64,000 nt of DNA, from the NCBI RefSeq assembly GCF_048593235.1, contig NC_133622.1:238917198-238981197 (forward strand), in the 5' to 3' direction. This document shows positions 50,648 to 62,859 of the stretch, piece by piece; within the stretch, counting starts at the first letter, position 1, and the number at the start of each line of letters is the position of its first letter. The notes beneath the pieces were generated by a model. It saw only the letters and a program-made list of their open reading frames with translations, had not been told where the DNA came from and ran no database searches. This DNA is from Sminthopsis crassicaudata (Eukaryota). The translations under genes and the position numbers were made by a program.

Positions 50648-51592
50648 ATGATGAATGCTGAGCGAAACCAGAGTGATGTGGTTATCTTCATTCTCTTAGG
50701 ATTTTCTGATTATCCAAAGCTCCAGATCCCCCTCTTTCTACTATTTCTTGTGATTTATGTGGTTACTGTGGTGGGAAATTTGGGCATGATTTTGATCATC
50801 AGGATCAATCCCAAACTCCACACCCCCATGTACTTTTTCCTCAGTCATTTGTCTTTTGTGGATTTTAGTTACTCCACTATAATCACACCCAAGCTCTTAG
50901 ACATATTAATTGTGGAAGACAGAAGCATCTCCTTTGAAGGCTGCATTGCACAGTTTACTTTTGCTGCTACCTGCTTGGTGATGGAGACATTCCTGTTGGC
51001 AGTGATGGCTTATGATCGCTTTGTGGCCATTTGTAATCCTCTATTGTATACAGTGTCCATGTCCCAAAAACGCTGTGCTCTGCTGATTGCTGGGACATAT
51101 ACATGGGGCACAATTTCTTCCCTCATATTCACCTACACTCTCCTTATTTTGTCATTTTGTGGGACCAACATCATCAATAATTTTCTCTGTGAGTATTCTG
51201 CTATCCTTTCTGCCTCCTTCTCTGATAAGCATTTTACAGAGATAATTCTATTTATTCTTGCTAATTTTAACACATTTTCCACCCTTATTATAGTGCTCAC
51301 ATCTTATCTATTTATTTTTGTCACGGTCATGAAAATGCATTCAGCCAGTGGAAGACATAAAGCCTTTTCTACCTGTGCCTCCCACCTGACAGCTGTAACG
51401 ATATTCTATGGGACCATCCTTTTCCTTTACTGTGTGCCCAGGTCCAAAAACTCATGGCTTTTAATCAGAATGGGCACTGTTTTTTGTACAGTTGTGATCC
51501 CTATGCTTAATCCCCTAATATATAGCCTAAGGAATAAAGATGTGAAAGAAACTATCAGAAAATTATTGGATACCAAAATATTGCATCTCTAA
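50648..51592 (+). CDS. OR5D-like: Olfactory receptor, OR5D-like (copy 2), intact, 314 aa from the probable start at 50648
   Basis: Same OR5 motifs as copy 1. The ORF track starts at 50576, but the paralogous acceptor ctctccaatAG|gaaccATG (AG at 50641-50642) places the start at 50648 ([10 protein letters not shown]). Confidence 0.94.
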   Translation: MMNAERNQSDVVIFILLGFSDYPKLQIPLFLLFLVIYVVTVVGNLGMILIIRINPKLHTPMYFFLSHLSFVDFSYSTIITPKLLDILIVEDRSISFEGCIAQFTFAATCLVMETFLLAVMAYDRFVAICNPLLYTVSMSQKRCALLIAGTYTWGTISSLIFTYTLLILSFCGTNIINNFLCEYSAILSASFSDKHFTEIILFILANFNTFSTLIIVLTSYLFIFVTVMKMHSASGRHKAFSTCASHLTAVTIFYGTILFLYCVPRSKNSWLLIRMGTVFCTVVIPMLNPLIYSLRNKDVKETIRKLLDTKILHL

Positions 51593-53121
51593 AATAATTA
51601 TATTGATAACTAAATATATCATTAATAAATTCATTACTTATATAGTAACATCCATCTTAAATGGGTGTGGTTATTATAATCATCTATAGTTTGATCCTGA
51701 TCTTATAAGTAATTAACAACCATATATGCAGAAAAGGAAAAATCACTGGGAAGGGAAACACACATATATGCATACAAATTAACACATAATTAGCTCTATA
51801 GCATAAAGACTGTCTAAGAACCTTACACAAGTATCTTTAATTAGTAATAAATTAAAAATGTTAATTTTTAAAGATGGTATATCTCTTTTCTTTCAACAGC
51901 TTTCTTATAACTGTATATCATGAGGAAGAAAGGAAATGTAAGGGTGATCTATTAAAGTGAGGAGCAGCGTTTATAAGTTAAGGTTGCTTAAAGTGAAACC
52001 TCTGTAGAATGACTATTGCAGCTATTGGAAGATTTTTCCAGTCACCCGAGACTTTACAAAAGCAATAAGACTAAAATCAGACAGACTTATAGTTGAGCTT
52101 GAAATAGTAATTGGAATGAAGTGCCCACGTGAGAGAAAATACAGGACAGCCAAAATAATGAAAGTTTAAGAGTGTTTATTGTCACTGGCCAGGACTGATC
52201 CCCACCAGGACTGGAGGGGTCAGTGATAAGTGGTCTCAGGGCCACATATTTTTAGAAAGGAAGGAAACATCAAAATTTCTCTTGATATATGTCATACTAA
52301 AAGAAATTTTCATCCTAGATAGGAGGCAAAGGTTATTACAGACAGACAAAAAGATAGTATTTCTTTATGTTTATCAAGCTGTCAAGCTTTTGGGTTTTTA
52401 GGGCAGCACATTTAGAGATATAAAAATACCATCTGCATTGAGGTGTAAAAAGCTAGTAATAAACTTCTAACTACCGAGGTTCAAGATTATGTTTCTCACA
52501 GTCCAGAGGAGTGCCTTTCCACTTCAGGTTTATGTTGAGAGTTTAATATTTGTTGATTGATAGTGAAACCCAGAAGATCAGACCCTTCTTCACCTCTCTT
52601 TTGACATGAGTAAATCCATTTTAATTAAAAGATTTATTACTATAACAGCCTCTTTACCTGGGGTTTATGAACTTGATTTATATAGCTAGTCTGATAGATG
52701 GATAGCTATTTAACTTGTTTCCTTTGTAATCCTCTGAAACTTGTTTTATGAATTTAAATGCGTTGCTCTGAGAAATTCATAACTTTTGTCAAACTACTAA
52801 AGTAAAATATGAGGCAAAAATGGTCAAGAATCTCTGGCCTAGACAATAACTATAATTTGAAAAACTGCTAAATGCTAGCTAAGTCCACCTTCAAAGCTAA
52901 TGTCAATGAAGCTAGCTATTGTTTCCTAAAGATTTAAAGATTTTCTTCTATGACTGTTGAATGGAGGGTTCTTTCTTTAAGGAATCTCCCCAGGATTATA
53001 TATTTGTCTATGACTTCTATTTTCCATGAATAAAGTTTAATTGTCCTTCTTATGAAAAATGTATGTCCTTCTTTAATATGAAATAGTTTCTAGTAACATT
53101 GATTATATTATATGCATATTG

Positions 53122-53127
53122 TAGAAA

Positions 53128-53180
<53 letters not shown>
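53122..53180. repeat. (AT)n microsatellite
   Basis: Perfect run. Confidence 0.98.
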
Positions 53181-53183
<3 letters not shown>

Positions 53184-53420
53184 CGTATTGTACTTACTAG
53201 GTCAGAGGAGTTTATTTTAGAGAAATGAATTTAGGAACATTTTGAGCACAATCCTATGTCCAGTTACCAACAGAATAAGAACTTCAAATTATATTCTCTT
53301 GCCCTAAACAGGATCCTTTTTGATCCATTTTGTATCAACATTTGAAATTTTCCTAACCTGAGCAGTTCTACAATGACTTGGCTAACAAAAGCAAATTTCC
53401 ATTTTAAACCCATCCATTAA

Positions 53421-53451
<31 letters not shown>

Positions 53452-53473
53452 CCCCATTTTCTCTGTTAATCTT

Positions 53474-54008
53474 TGTTAGGATTACTAGGTGAGAACTCAG
53501 GTTGTCTGGTCAATTACAAGGTGAGAACTCAGGTTGACTTGACAGTTCTCTGGCTCAGATTCTAAGAGGAGCAAGCTCATTGGTTGGAGTACTTCTTCCC
53601 AGAAGCCCTTGCATTATCCCACACCCATTCTCTGGGAGGAGGTTTCTTTTCTGTATAATCTTTTCCTCTATGAGCAGGTTTCTTGGGAAGCTTCTGGAGC
53701 CTCCAGCAAGCCTCTTCTTCTTCCTGAATTCTGGCTCTGAATCTCCTCCAGCTCTTGTCCTTCTCCAGTCCAGACTGCTCTCCAGGCTCACTGTTGCCTC
53801 TTTTTATCCTCCCAGAGAAATCAAAAGAAAAAATCAAAAGAAAGGGGGAGAGAATGGGTGTGGGATAATGCAAGGGCTTCTGGGAAGATGTACTCCAAGC
53901 AATGAACATGCTCCTCTTAGAATCTGAGCCAGAGAACTGTCAAGTCAACCTGAGTTCTCACCTTGTAATTGTCCAGACAACCTGAGTTCTCACCTAGTAA
54001 TCCTAACA
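53474..54008. mobile_element. Fold-back LTR-derived element with 160-bp terminal inverted repeats
   Basis: The arms 53474-53633 and 53849-54008 are reverse complements with 5 mismatches counted. Ends are TGTTAGG...CCTAACA, and the spacer carries the LTR motif gagcaggtttcttgggaagcttctgg. Confidence 0.92.
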
Positions 54009-54069
54009 ATTGTTAAAGGTAGAACTATCTCCTAATCATATAGGCTCATGACTTCAATATTCTCATTAA

Positions 54070-54830
54070 TGCTCATGTCATAGATATAATTTGCTTTCAA
54101 CTATTATTATTTTTGTATTTATAACAACTCAGAAATGTTCTCTCTTCTCTATTCACACTATTACTCCCTTGAAATTCTCATAAGGATTGTTACAAAAGTA
54201 TTTTTAATGACGTCTACCTATACTTTTGAGTCTCAACTGTTTCCAATTTATTCTCCATTCACTTGCAAAAGAGATTTTCCTAAAGACCCAACCAGAGAAT
54301 ATTTCTTCCTAGTTTAATAAACTCTACTGCTCCCTGTTTCTTATGGGATCAAATATCAAATCCTCTTTTTGATATTTAAAGTTCTTCATTATCTGATCCT
54401 TACTACTTCCATAGTCTTATAATACTTTGCTTCTGTCCACATATTTAGCTATACTTTCATACCTGTTCTTTTTCATTCCACCTCTTTATCTTCCATTTAT
54501 ATTGAGTGGACTCCATACATGAAATATTTGATTTCCATAAGGTAGACTTCAAGGTTCCCATACTATTTTCAAGACTCAGAACAAATCCCATTTGATTCAG
54601 GGGGACTTTGATGTTTCTCTCTACCCAGTCCCAGCCCATTCATTGTGGGATTATCTTTCATTTATATACAAATATCTTGTGTACCCATGGTTATTTGCAT
54701 ACTATATCTAAAGATAGAAGTTGGGCTACCCAAGAACAGGGACAGTGTCTTTGCTTTTCTCTGTATTCCCCATAATTAGCACAGTATCTCGTCCAGAGTA
54801 AGCACTTAGTAAATGCCTGTTGACACAGTG
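54070..54830 (+). mobile_element. L2 3' end
   Basis: Contains ggatcaaatatcaaatcctc...gcacagtatctcgtccagagtaagcacttagtaaatgcctgttg, the L2 terminal motif. Confidence 0.75.
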
Positions 54831-55077
54831 ACTGATCAGTCTAACTTTTCTGTGCAAGTTGAAGTGGATCAACTAACAGGTTAATGATAGTAGAATAGAA
54901 TGTTGAATTAGATGGTGAATTTATTCTGATTATCTATTGCTCAATAAACTTTAAAGATGTCTGAAGAATTTTTAGGTGATTTTGACCAGTAAGTATTAGG
55001 ATGAATGAAAATTAAACTGTTAAATTTCACAGTCCTTGGGGTATACTGACAGCACAGATGATGATATTTTATTTTAT

Positions 55078-55529
55078 TGTGACGTCACCTGATAAATCTT
55101 ATTAGTTAATGGTGTTTTACCTTAGTCTTCTGGTTTAGTTTTCTGGAAGTCTCTGGACCAGCCTTCCTTTTAGCAGATTAATCACCATGAGAATAGCCAG
55201 GTGTTAAAGTCAAATTCTTTATTGTCTCCTTGCTTGGGGCCAGGGCTGGCTTGGTCTCAGTGGAGGAAATGCAGGAGGACAGGCCAGCCACCAGTGGGGT
55301 GAGATGGAGTGAATGAATCTGGCTGAGTTTGTCCCAGTTTATATATTCTATTATAATTGCATTATCATGGTGCCAATCTTGTAGAATTATATTAAGCACT
55401 AAGTACATATACTGAACTAGAAAACTATTGAGCACCATACTAAACTAGATAACCATTTTCTTATCAATTCTATTGAGTTAGCACCTTGGAAGAATCTTTG
55501 TTTCAAGTACAGACTTCTGGCCCATAACA
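55078..55529 (-). mobile_element. Solo LTR
   Basis: TG...CA ends with TSD ttttat/ttttac, and tctttattgtctcc is the reverse-complement poly(A) signal region shared with the 63366 LTR. Confidence 0.75.
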
Positions 55530-56361
55530 TTTTACAATTTGAGAGGCCTGTGAATTTTGTACAAAGAACTTTCTTGTCTAGGTCTTCTGGAATTCTTAGC
55601 TATGGACAGACTGTAACAACGTGGGAATGGAAACTAAATATTCTATTGACATAAGGGATGGTGCTGCGTATTGACACATTAGAGTTAAGGTTCCTTAGTA
55701 CCATAATATATACCTTTGGGACTTGAATATGTCATAGTCCTAGTATTATCAGTGGGAGCTTTGCCATATGACACCTTTTTGCTAGATGAAGAATATAACA
55801 ACCTCATACTTGTCCTTATACATTGTTTACTATGTGATGTGAGCCGGGAAAGGCGAGCATAATATAGATTATCTCCCACTCTGAGCATATTCTGGACACA
55901 TTTTCTTTCATTAACTCTTGTGACATCACTTACATGCATGTTTGCAAAAGAAATTGTGGGCAACTCTAAATGAACTTTCATGAATTATATTTTGAGACCT
56001 TCAAGGAAATCAAAAGAAGAGGAAACACAAGAAATAAAATTCCCTCTAATGGCATGTCTAACTTTGGCTCAATTTAAAGAGATTCTTTAACCCAGTCATC
56101 TCAAGGTTATTGGATGCAGTTATGCTTCATAGTCCTTTCCTCAGACTTACCTTCCAAACTCAAAAATATGAAGTTTTTCTAGGTTTTTGAACATACTGAG
56201 CTTTGTCATGAAATGGAAGGTTTCATAATAGGCAATATGGTATTTCTGGTTCAATATAACTTCTTTACATTATTTCATTACTTGAGATAAGAAGCACTCC
56301 AAGATTTATAGCACAAGGCCTGATTGCTGTTAGATATTTTTTCCAGTTTCCACAATGAACA

Positions 56362-56784
56362 TGATAAGGGTTGAGGTCCCTTTAAGATTCCTCTCTGACT
56401 GCCCAACCCCCATGGTTGACCTTGATTCACAAATCCCCTGATCAAAAGCACCCTTTTGAATATCTGGGCCCAGTCCCCACTATCTGCTCAGCTTCCCCTA
56501 GCCCCCACGTTATCTGAGCTAACTGAAAAGCCCGCCAAGACCTTGGGGTACTGCCCATCCCTTTTTAGGTATTAAAGAGCTAAGCTGGAGCTCTCTTTTG
56601 CAGGAGCCCTTTCCCCAACACATGGTATCCTTCTGGCCATGTAAGGGTTTCTGCCTCCCCAGTGGCCACCTTTGGCCCTGGCGTTGAAACTGAACTTTAC
56701 TTCCAAATTTCTACAATAAACCTTTTATTTATCAATCTAGGTTTTCAGGCCTGTAAATTCATTTACAGGGGACACTGCGTCTCA
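56362..56784 (+). mobile_element. Solo LTR, same family as 19965-20533
   Basis: It runs TGATAAGGGTTGAGG...GTCTCA, with AATAAA at about 56715. The TSD is not recognisable. Confidence 0.78.
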
Positions 56785-58178
56785 TGGAATTATCTTACTA
56801 TCTATGTGCAGACAAATGGGGTTCCCCTTTTCCTTTCCCTCATTAAACATATATAACAATAAGTCAAGAAATCCATTTATCCAAATTGTTAAAGATAGAA
56901 AAAAAAATTAGAAAAACTGAAAATTAGGGGGAAAAAAAGCATACATAGGAAAAAATGTACCAGACAACAAAGAGTAGAAGAACTATTCCTTTAGGAGTAA
57001 GGTAGCTCAACTCAAGCTTAAAAGAAGATCACAGAGTTCACTCAAGGTGAAGTTTGCCAAAGATCCTATTACATCAAGCTTAGAATAATGATATATGTAG
57101 AGGAAAAATTCCTCTCATGTCTTCCCAGAGTCCTTTACTTCAACAACCTGAAATGAGGTTGGCCACATTCTTTTTTTCCTAAAGGTTAAAGCCAGAGTGA
57201 CTGAAAAGAAATAAAGAACTATTCTTTCTCCATCAATCCTTGAATACCTACAGATGTGGAAATCTAAGTCCAGAGATCATAAGTAATTTGAAAATGAAAA
57301 TTGAGATATCCATACCTATACATGTTAAACTAGAATTCAAAAGTAGGTCTGTAGGAACTCAATACATTTTTTTTTCTCTATACATCTCTATCTATTCCAA
57401 AGTCATTACAAAAATATATGTTCTGCAAATTAGAGAAAAAATTTAAAAATTGTGTTTGATCATTTGATTTGACCCCAAATAAGCTACTATGGCATTATTT
57501 ATAATTCTCCAGTATCTACCTGGTTCATTCTTAGTAATTGAACAAGAAAGCAAATCCAGAGGGGAAGCAGATGTAAGACCTTCAAGAAAGGTTCTGATTA
57601 AGCAAAGACCTTTCTGAAAAAAATTTACTTTTAGTTCTAAGAGTAAAATTAGGAGTTAGACAGCTACAAGGCCCAAGTTTATTTGCAATTCTGCAGAATC
57701 AAAGACTTCATTACTCTGATAGTTTAGTTCTTAAAATCATTCCATTGGGTAAATGAGACTTTACATTGTACAGGTTTCCTCTCAGTGAATGAAATAATGG
57801 CACACTTCAACCCTAATGTTGTCCTTCCTTTGCATGGATATACAGGAAACTCCCATCCTAAGTTTAGGGGAGGAAGCACTGCCTTCAATTATTGTGTCAA
57901 TAATTATTTACTTTTGCTTAATCCTTGGAATTTTGTAAACTGAAATTTCAAATGTAAATATTGAGAGAACTGATTATTTCTCTTTTCATTTAATACCTAA
58001 TTATTGAATTATTGAATTAGGACATATTCCCTTTTTTCTACTTCCTCATTCAGAAATCAAGCAAGTAGGAAACCTTGGGCAAAGACTTTCACAGAATAAG
58101 ATCTAATTTAAAAAAAAAAAATAAAGCAATTCAAAGTTTGGGGAATGGGTGGATTTTAGCCGATTTTGTTTACTCAGT

Positions 58179-58753
58179 TATGATGTTCTCTATCTCTAAA
58201 TTGTAATTGTTCTCTTGGGGGCAGGTTTTTTGGGGAGCTTCTGGAGGCAACCTTAGTTTCAGTTCAGTTTCATAATCCCAAATGCAGCCAGGAGTTAAAG
58301 TCCAGATCCTTTATTGCGTCCTTCAAATATTGTCTCTTCCAAATTCTTAGCTCCTTCACTCAGGGCTCAGCTAGTTTTCTGGAGGCCTTCCTCTCTCCTT
58401 GGCTCCAGAGAGCTCTTATCAGAATGTCTCTAGTCAGCACAAATGTGGAAGTTGGAAAGAATCTTCACTCTGAATCTCCTGAGAAGTCCCAAAGTCCTCC
58501 TTGGCCCTGAGAGCTTCCTGGTTATATGGTGCACACTGAATATACATCAATCATTTCATCACTAGGAAACCATTATTTGTTGTAGGTTTAAATCCATGCT
58601 AAATTAGATTTCACCATTGTCTCCTCAATTCCACTCAGTACCTTGTTTCAAGTTCTGGCCCATAATATCCCCTTGTAGGATCAGATTAATCATACTGACC
58701 CATTAAATAATTATATCATTCCAGTAACTTGGCACCTTGTAAGAATCCTAACA
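58179..58753 (-). mobile_element. Solo LTR
   Basis: It ends ...aagaatcctaaca with TSD ctcagt/cttagt and is strongly similar to 26131-27175. Confidence 0.85.
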
Positions 58754-61280
58754 CTTAGTCACTTCTGGAAAATTGTGAAATTACTTTTTTGGCAGACAGA
58801 GCCATGGAAATTGATAAATATCTTTGCTAAGATTCTCAGTGGAATATAGCCCACCTCTCATTATATTTATTCCTTCATTATTGTTAATGAATCAAAATAA
58901 ATTGTCATGTTGGCATTGATTAATTACCCAGAAACTATGTCTCTTGATCTTTTTAAACCTGAATTCAAAATAAGCATCTAAATAGAAATTACACCTATTA
59001 TTTAAAAAAAAAAAAAAAAGTCCAATTCAGAGAAGATGACAAAGAAGACATATGATTTTCTGTGATGTCTTGTATTGTTGCCTGGGGGAAGAAAAAAGTT
59101 AAAGACCAATCTCTAGGGTCTGGTTCTCAAGAATCTTAGAGGCAGATCTTAGATCACTCCCCCTCCCTACCTTAATTCCCAGTCTGTACTTCCTCATACT
59201 GTATAATGACTTGTTTCTTTGAGTATACACAGGGGATGTTATAAACAGAATTTTATTCTCCTTGCCCCTTAGCTGAAAATTACTAGAGTTTAGATCTTAT
59301 CAGACTGTATATAATCACTGATGCTCCAAGTAAATCAGATAAAATTTTCTAAAGGTATTTTAAAATCATGGAAGTTCATTTACCATTCAGGCTTATTATC
59401 TATTGAATCTCTGAAACAATCCAGATGTCTCCACCTTCTGGTGAGATGATATACTTGGGTCTTGATTTTTCTTCTATGGTTTTACCAGAGACAAAGAGAC
59501 TTCCCTCTTCAATTCAAGCCAATTGAAAAAGTATTTATCAATTGTAAGTATCTACTATTTGAAAAGGTTTTGAGCAAAGAGAGTGAAAGATAAGATTAAA
59601 ATAATTTTCATATCTTATATATGTATGTATATGTGATATTTATTTTATATTTAACCTTATTTATATTTATACCAAACATATATATATATATATATGATAT
59701 ATATAAGATAAAATATTTCCATTTATTATACACATACACTTATGATCTGTGAGATAGGGGATATTATGGACTAGATTTTATAACACAACAGATGGTACTT
59801 AATAAGCGCCAAACAATTATATAGTGCTTACTATGTATCAGGTATTGAGCTAAATAATTTTTAAATATTAACTCATTTGACTCCTACAATAAGCTAGAGA
59901 ATTAGGTCCTATAATTTTTCCCATTTTGCAGAAAAGGAGACTAAAGCAATGAGAACTTGATTTTGTTGCTCACAGTTCCATAGCTTATAAGTTATTGAGG
60001 CTGGATTTTTATAAGAAAATTGAGTCTTTCTGATCCAGGCTCATAGTTCCATCTACTGTGGCACATGCCTACTCAAGGAGCATATAGCTGTGTTGTTGTG
60101 TCCAGTACAACTGTGGGGAAAAAAATACTGTCTTCAATTTAGGGTGACACCTTTTACAAAGGATATCCATTGGCAAATAGTCTACCATACATCATAGACT
60201 GTCTACAAAAACACATTAAATTTCTGTTTATCAATTAAAATAACTTGGTATAGCTACTTTAGAGAAATATTCATACAAAGGAAAGGGTGATTTGAAGGCA
60301 TATCAAATTAGTCAATCAAACAATAAATTTTCCGGCACCAACTTCTACCACTCAAATTCTCTGTGGATCTTTGATATGTATAGATAAGAAGGGAGAAAAT
60401 GAACATACCCTGTCTTTAAGGGGATTTTCTTCTAATAGGGGAGATATTATTCAAGTTCATCATTACAGCAAAGAATACAACTATAAAACTAGTGTATTTT
60501 AGTGATAGGGAAGAGGAAATCAAGTTTTGGAGACAAGAGATGCAATTCCTTCTGAGGATAGTAAGAAGGCAAGTTTAATTAAACAATAGAGTGCATGAAG
60601 AGGAATATTGTATTTAAAGCAAGAAATTTATGCTAGAGTCTCATTATGAAAATCTTTAAATACTATAGAAAGAAGTTGGAATTAGTGTACAAAAACAATA
60701 TAAAATTTGGAGATTGGGGAACACAGGTTCATATATATGTTTTAGGAAAATTATATAATTGCTGTGAAAAAGATTCCAGAAAAGAATACAAGAACTAGAT
60801 CATTCTACTTAAGCTATTCAAGTAAAATGGGATGCTTCCAAGAAAAATAAGCTCCCTCCCTACTTGAAAATCTTTAAACAAAGGGTAGGTTCATAAACTG
60901 TTAAGTTTGAGTCCTGGTTTCCTCTAAGTACTTGCTATAAAGCCACAGCCTACAAGAAATCTCTATCAGTTGCAATCAATTCCAATATCTTCTCTTCAGC
61001 ATTTTTTTTTCAATTTATTCTGTAAATAGGTCATTTATAAATATTTATTTACATGATTTTTTCTTCCTTTAGATTTTTGAACTCTGAACATCTTTCTTTG
61101 TGTTCTAAGTACATAGGACAAGCATATGGTAAGTACTTAATAAGTGTTTCTTAGACTTACTCTAGATTAACTGAAGCTACTGACATTAGTTTTCAATTTG
61201 GGTTTAGAATATAGAGCCATTAAGATAACTTCTAACTTTGCTAAAATACTGGTATTCTATAATTTTCTCTAATAGGAACC

Positions 61281-62228
61281 ATGGGCAATGCTGACCGAAA
61301 CGAGAGTGATGTCATGTTCATCCTTTTAGGATTCTCTGATTACCCAGATCTCCAGATTCCTCTGTTCCTGGTATTCCTTGTGATCTATATTATTACTGTA
61401 GTAGGAAACTTGGGCATGATTATAATCATCAGAATTAATCCCAAACTGCATACTCCCATGTACTTTTTCCTTAGTCATTTGTCTTTTTTAGATTTCTGTT
61501 ACTCTACAATAACTACACCCAAATTATTAGAAATCTTGGTTGTGGAAGACAGAAGCATCTCTTTTGTTCCTTGTATCACACAATATTCTTTTGCTGTCAT
61601 GTGTGTGGTCACAGAGGTATTTTTATTAGCAGTGATGGCCTATGACCGCTTTGTGGCAATTTGCAATCCCTTGCTATATATAGTTGTCATGTCCCAGAAA
61701 CGCTGTGTCCTGATGATGACAGGAGTTTATACATGGGGCATATTTTCTACTAGTGTATTTGTCTACTCTCTCCTTATAAGGTCATTTGCTGGGATTAATG
61801 TCATTAATAATTTTCTCTGTGAATATTCTGCAATAATTTCTGTCTCCATCTCTGATAATTATGTTATACAGATAATCTTTTTTATCCTTGCCAATTTCAA
61901 TACATTTTTCACCCTTGCAATTGTGCTCACATCCTATTTTTTTATTTTTATTACTATCCTGAAGATGAATTCAGCCAGTGGGAGGTACAAAGCGTTCTCC
62001 ACTTGTGCCTCCCACCTGACAGGTGTTACCATTTTTTTTGGAACCATCCTCTTCCTCTACTGTGTGCCCAGTTCCAAAGGTTCATGGCTTCTAGTGAGAG
62101 TAAGCACTGTGTTTTATACAGTGGTGATCCCCATGCTGAACCCCTTAATATATAGTTTAAGGAATAAAGATGTGAAAGAAACTATCAAGAAATTAATTGA
62201 ACTGCCAATTAAGTGGTGCAGTGGATAG
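61281..62228 (+). CDS. OR5D-like: Olfactory receptor, OR5D-like (copy 3), intact, 315 aa
   Basis: All OR motifs are present. Acceptor context is ttttctctaatAG|gaaccATG. The 5' flank (about 61190-61280) and 3' flank (to about 62560) are paralogous to those of copy 1. Confidence 0.96.
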   Translation: MGNADRNESDVMFILLGFSDYPDLQIPLFLVFLVIYIITVVGNLGMIIIIRINPKLHTPMYFFLSHLSFLDFCYSTITTPKLLEILVVEDRSISFVPCITQYSFAVMCVVTEVFLLAVMAYDRFVAICNPLLYIVVMSQKRCVLMMTGVYTWGIFSTSVFVYSLLIRSFAGINVINNFLCEYSAIISVSISDNYVIQIIFFILANFNTFFTLAIVLTSYFFIFITILKMNSASGRYKAFSTCASHLTGVTIFFGTILFLYCVPSSKGSWLLVRVSTVFYTVVIPMLNPLIYSLRNKDVKETIKKLIELPIKWCSG

Positions 62229-62451
62229 AGTGTTGGCCCTGAAGTCAGGAAGCTTTTAGTTTAAATGAGGCTTCAGACTATCTGTGTGATCATGGCAAGT
62301 CACTTAATCATGTTTGCCTCAGTTTTCTAATCTGCAAAATAAGCTGGATAATGCAATAGAAACCTACTCCAGCATCTTTGCCAAGAAAATCCTAAATGCA
62401 TTCACAAAGAGTCAGGCATGACTATTCAACAAAGCAACAGTAACAACAACA
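62203..62451 (+). mobile_element. Mar1-type SINE overlapping the last codons and stop of OR5D copy 3
   Basis: Head gccaattaagtggtgcagtggaTAGagtgttggccctgaagtcagga, tail ctccagcatctttgccaagaaaatcc...gagtcaggcatgact...aacaacaaca. Confidence 0.92.
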
Positions 62452-62689
62452 TGTTTATACTTGGAAAATGTGGGTACTGATGATTCATTTTTTGGTTGTT
62501 GTAATATGGGAAAATTAGTGGGCATATTTACTAAATATATTCAATCCTTAACATTTAATTGGAATGCAGTTCTTAACTTGTGTTCAAATTTGGCTACTGT
62601 CATATCCCTGAGAGATCTATTAATCTACCCCCAAATTAAGAAGCAATCATATAACATGAAAATGATTCATTCAAGAAAAGAAAGGCAAA

Positions 62690-62692
<3 letters not shown>

Positions 62693-62728
<36 letters not shown>

Positions 62729-62752
62729 AAACAACCACCAACAACAACAACA
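62693..62752. repeat. (AAC)n microsatellite
   Basis: Imperfect trinucleotide run. Confidence 0.95.
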
Positions 62753-62859
62753 CAATCAAATATTCCCTCAAGAAAACAAAACAAAATCTCTTGCACATCA
62801 TTTAATAGCATAATTGTGGCTTCATACCAAAGTCAATATTCTAAAATTCTGGAGTAAAA

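Noticed and set aside
53555-53927. Three ORFs on both strands with similar termini (APLRI*)
   Set aside because: They are a consequence of the inverted repeat in the fold-back LTR.
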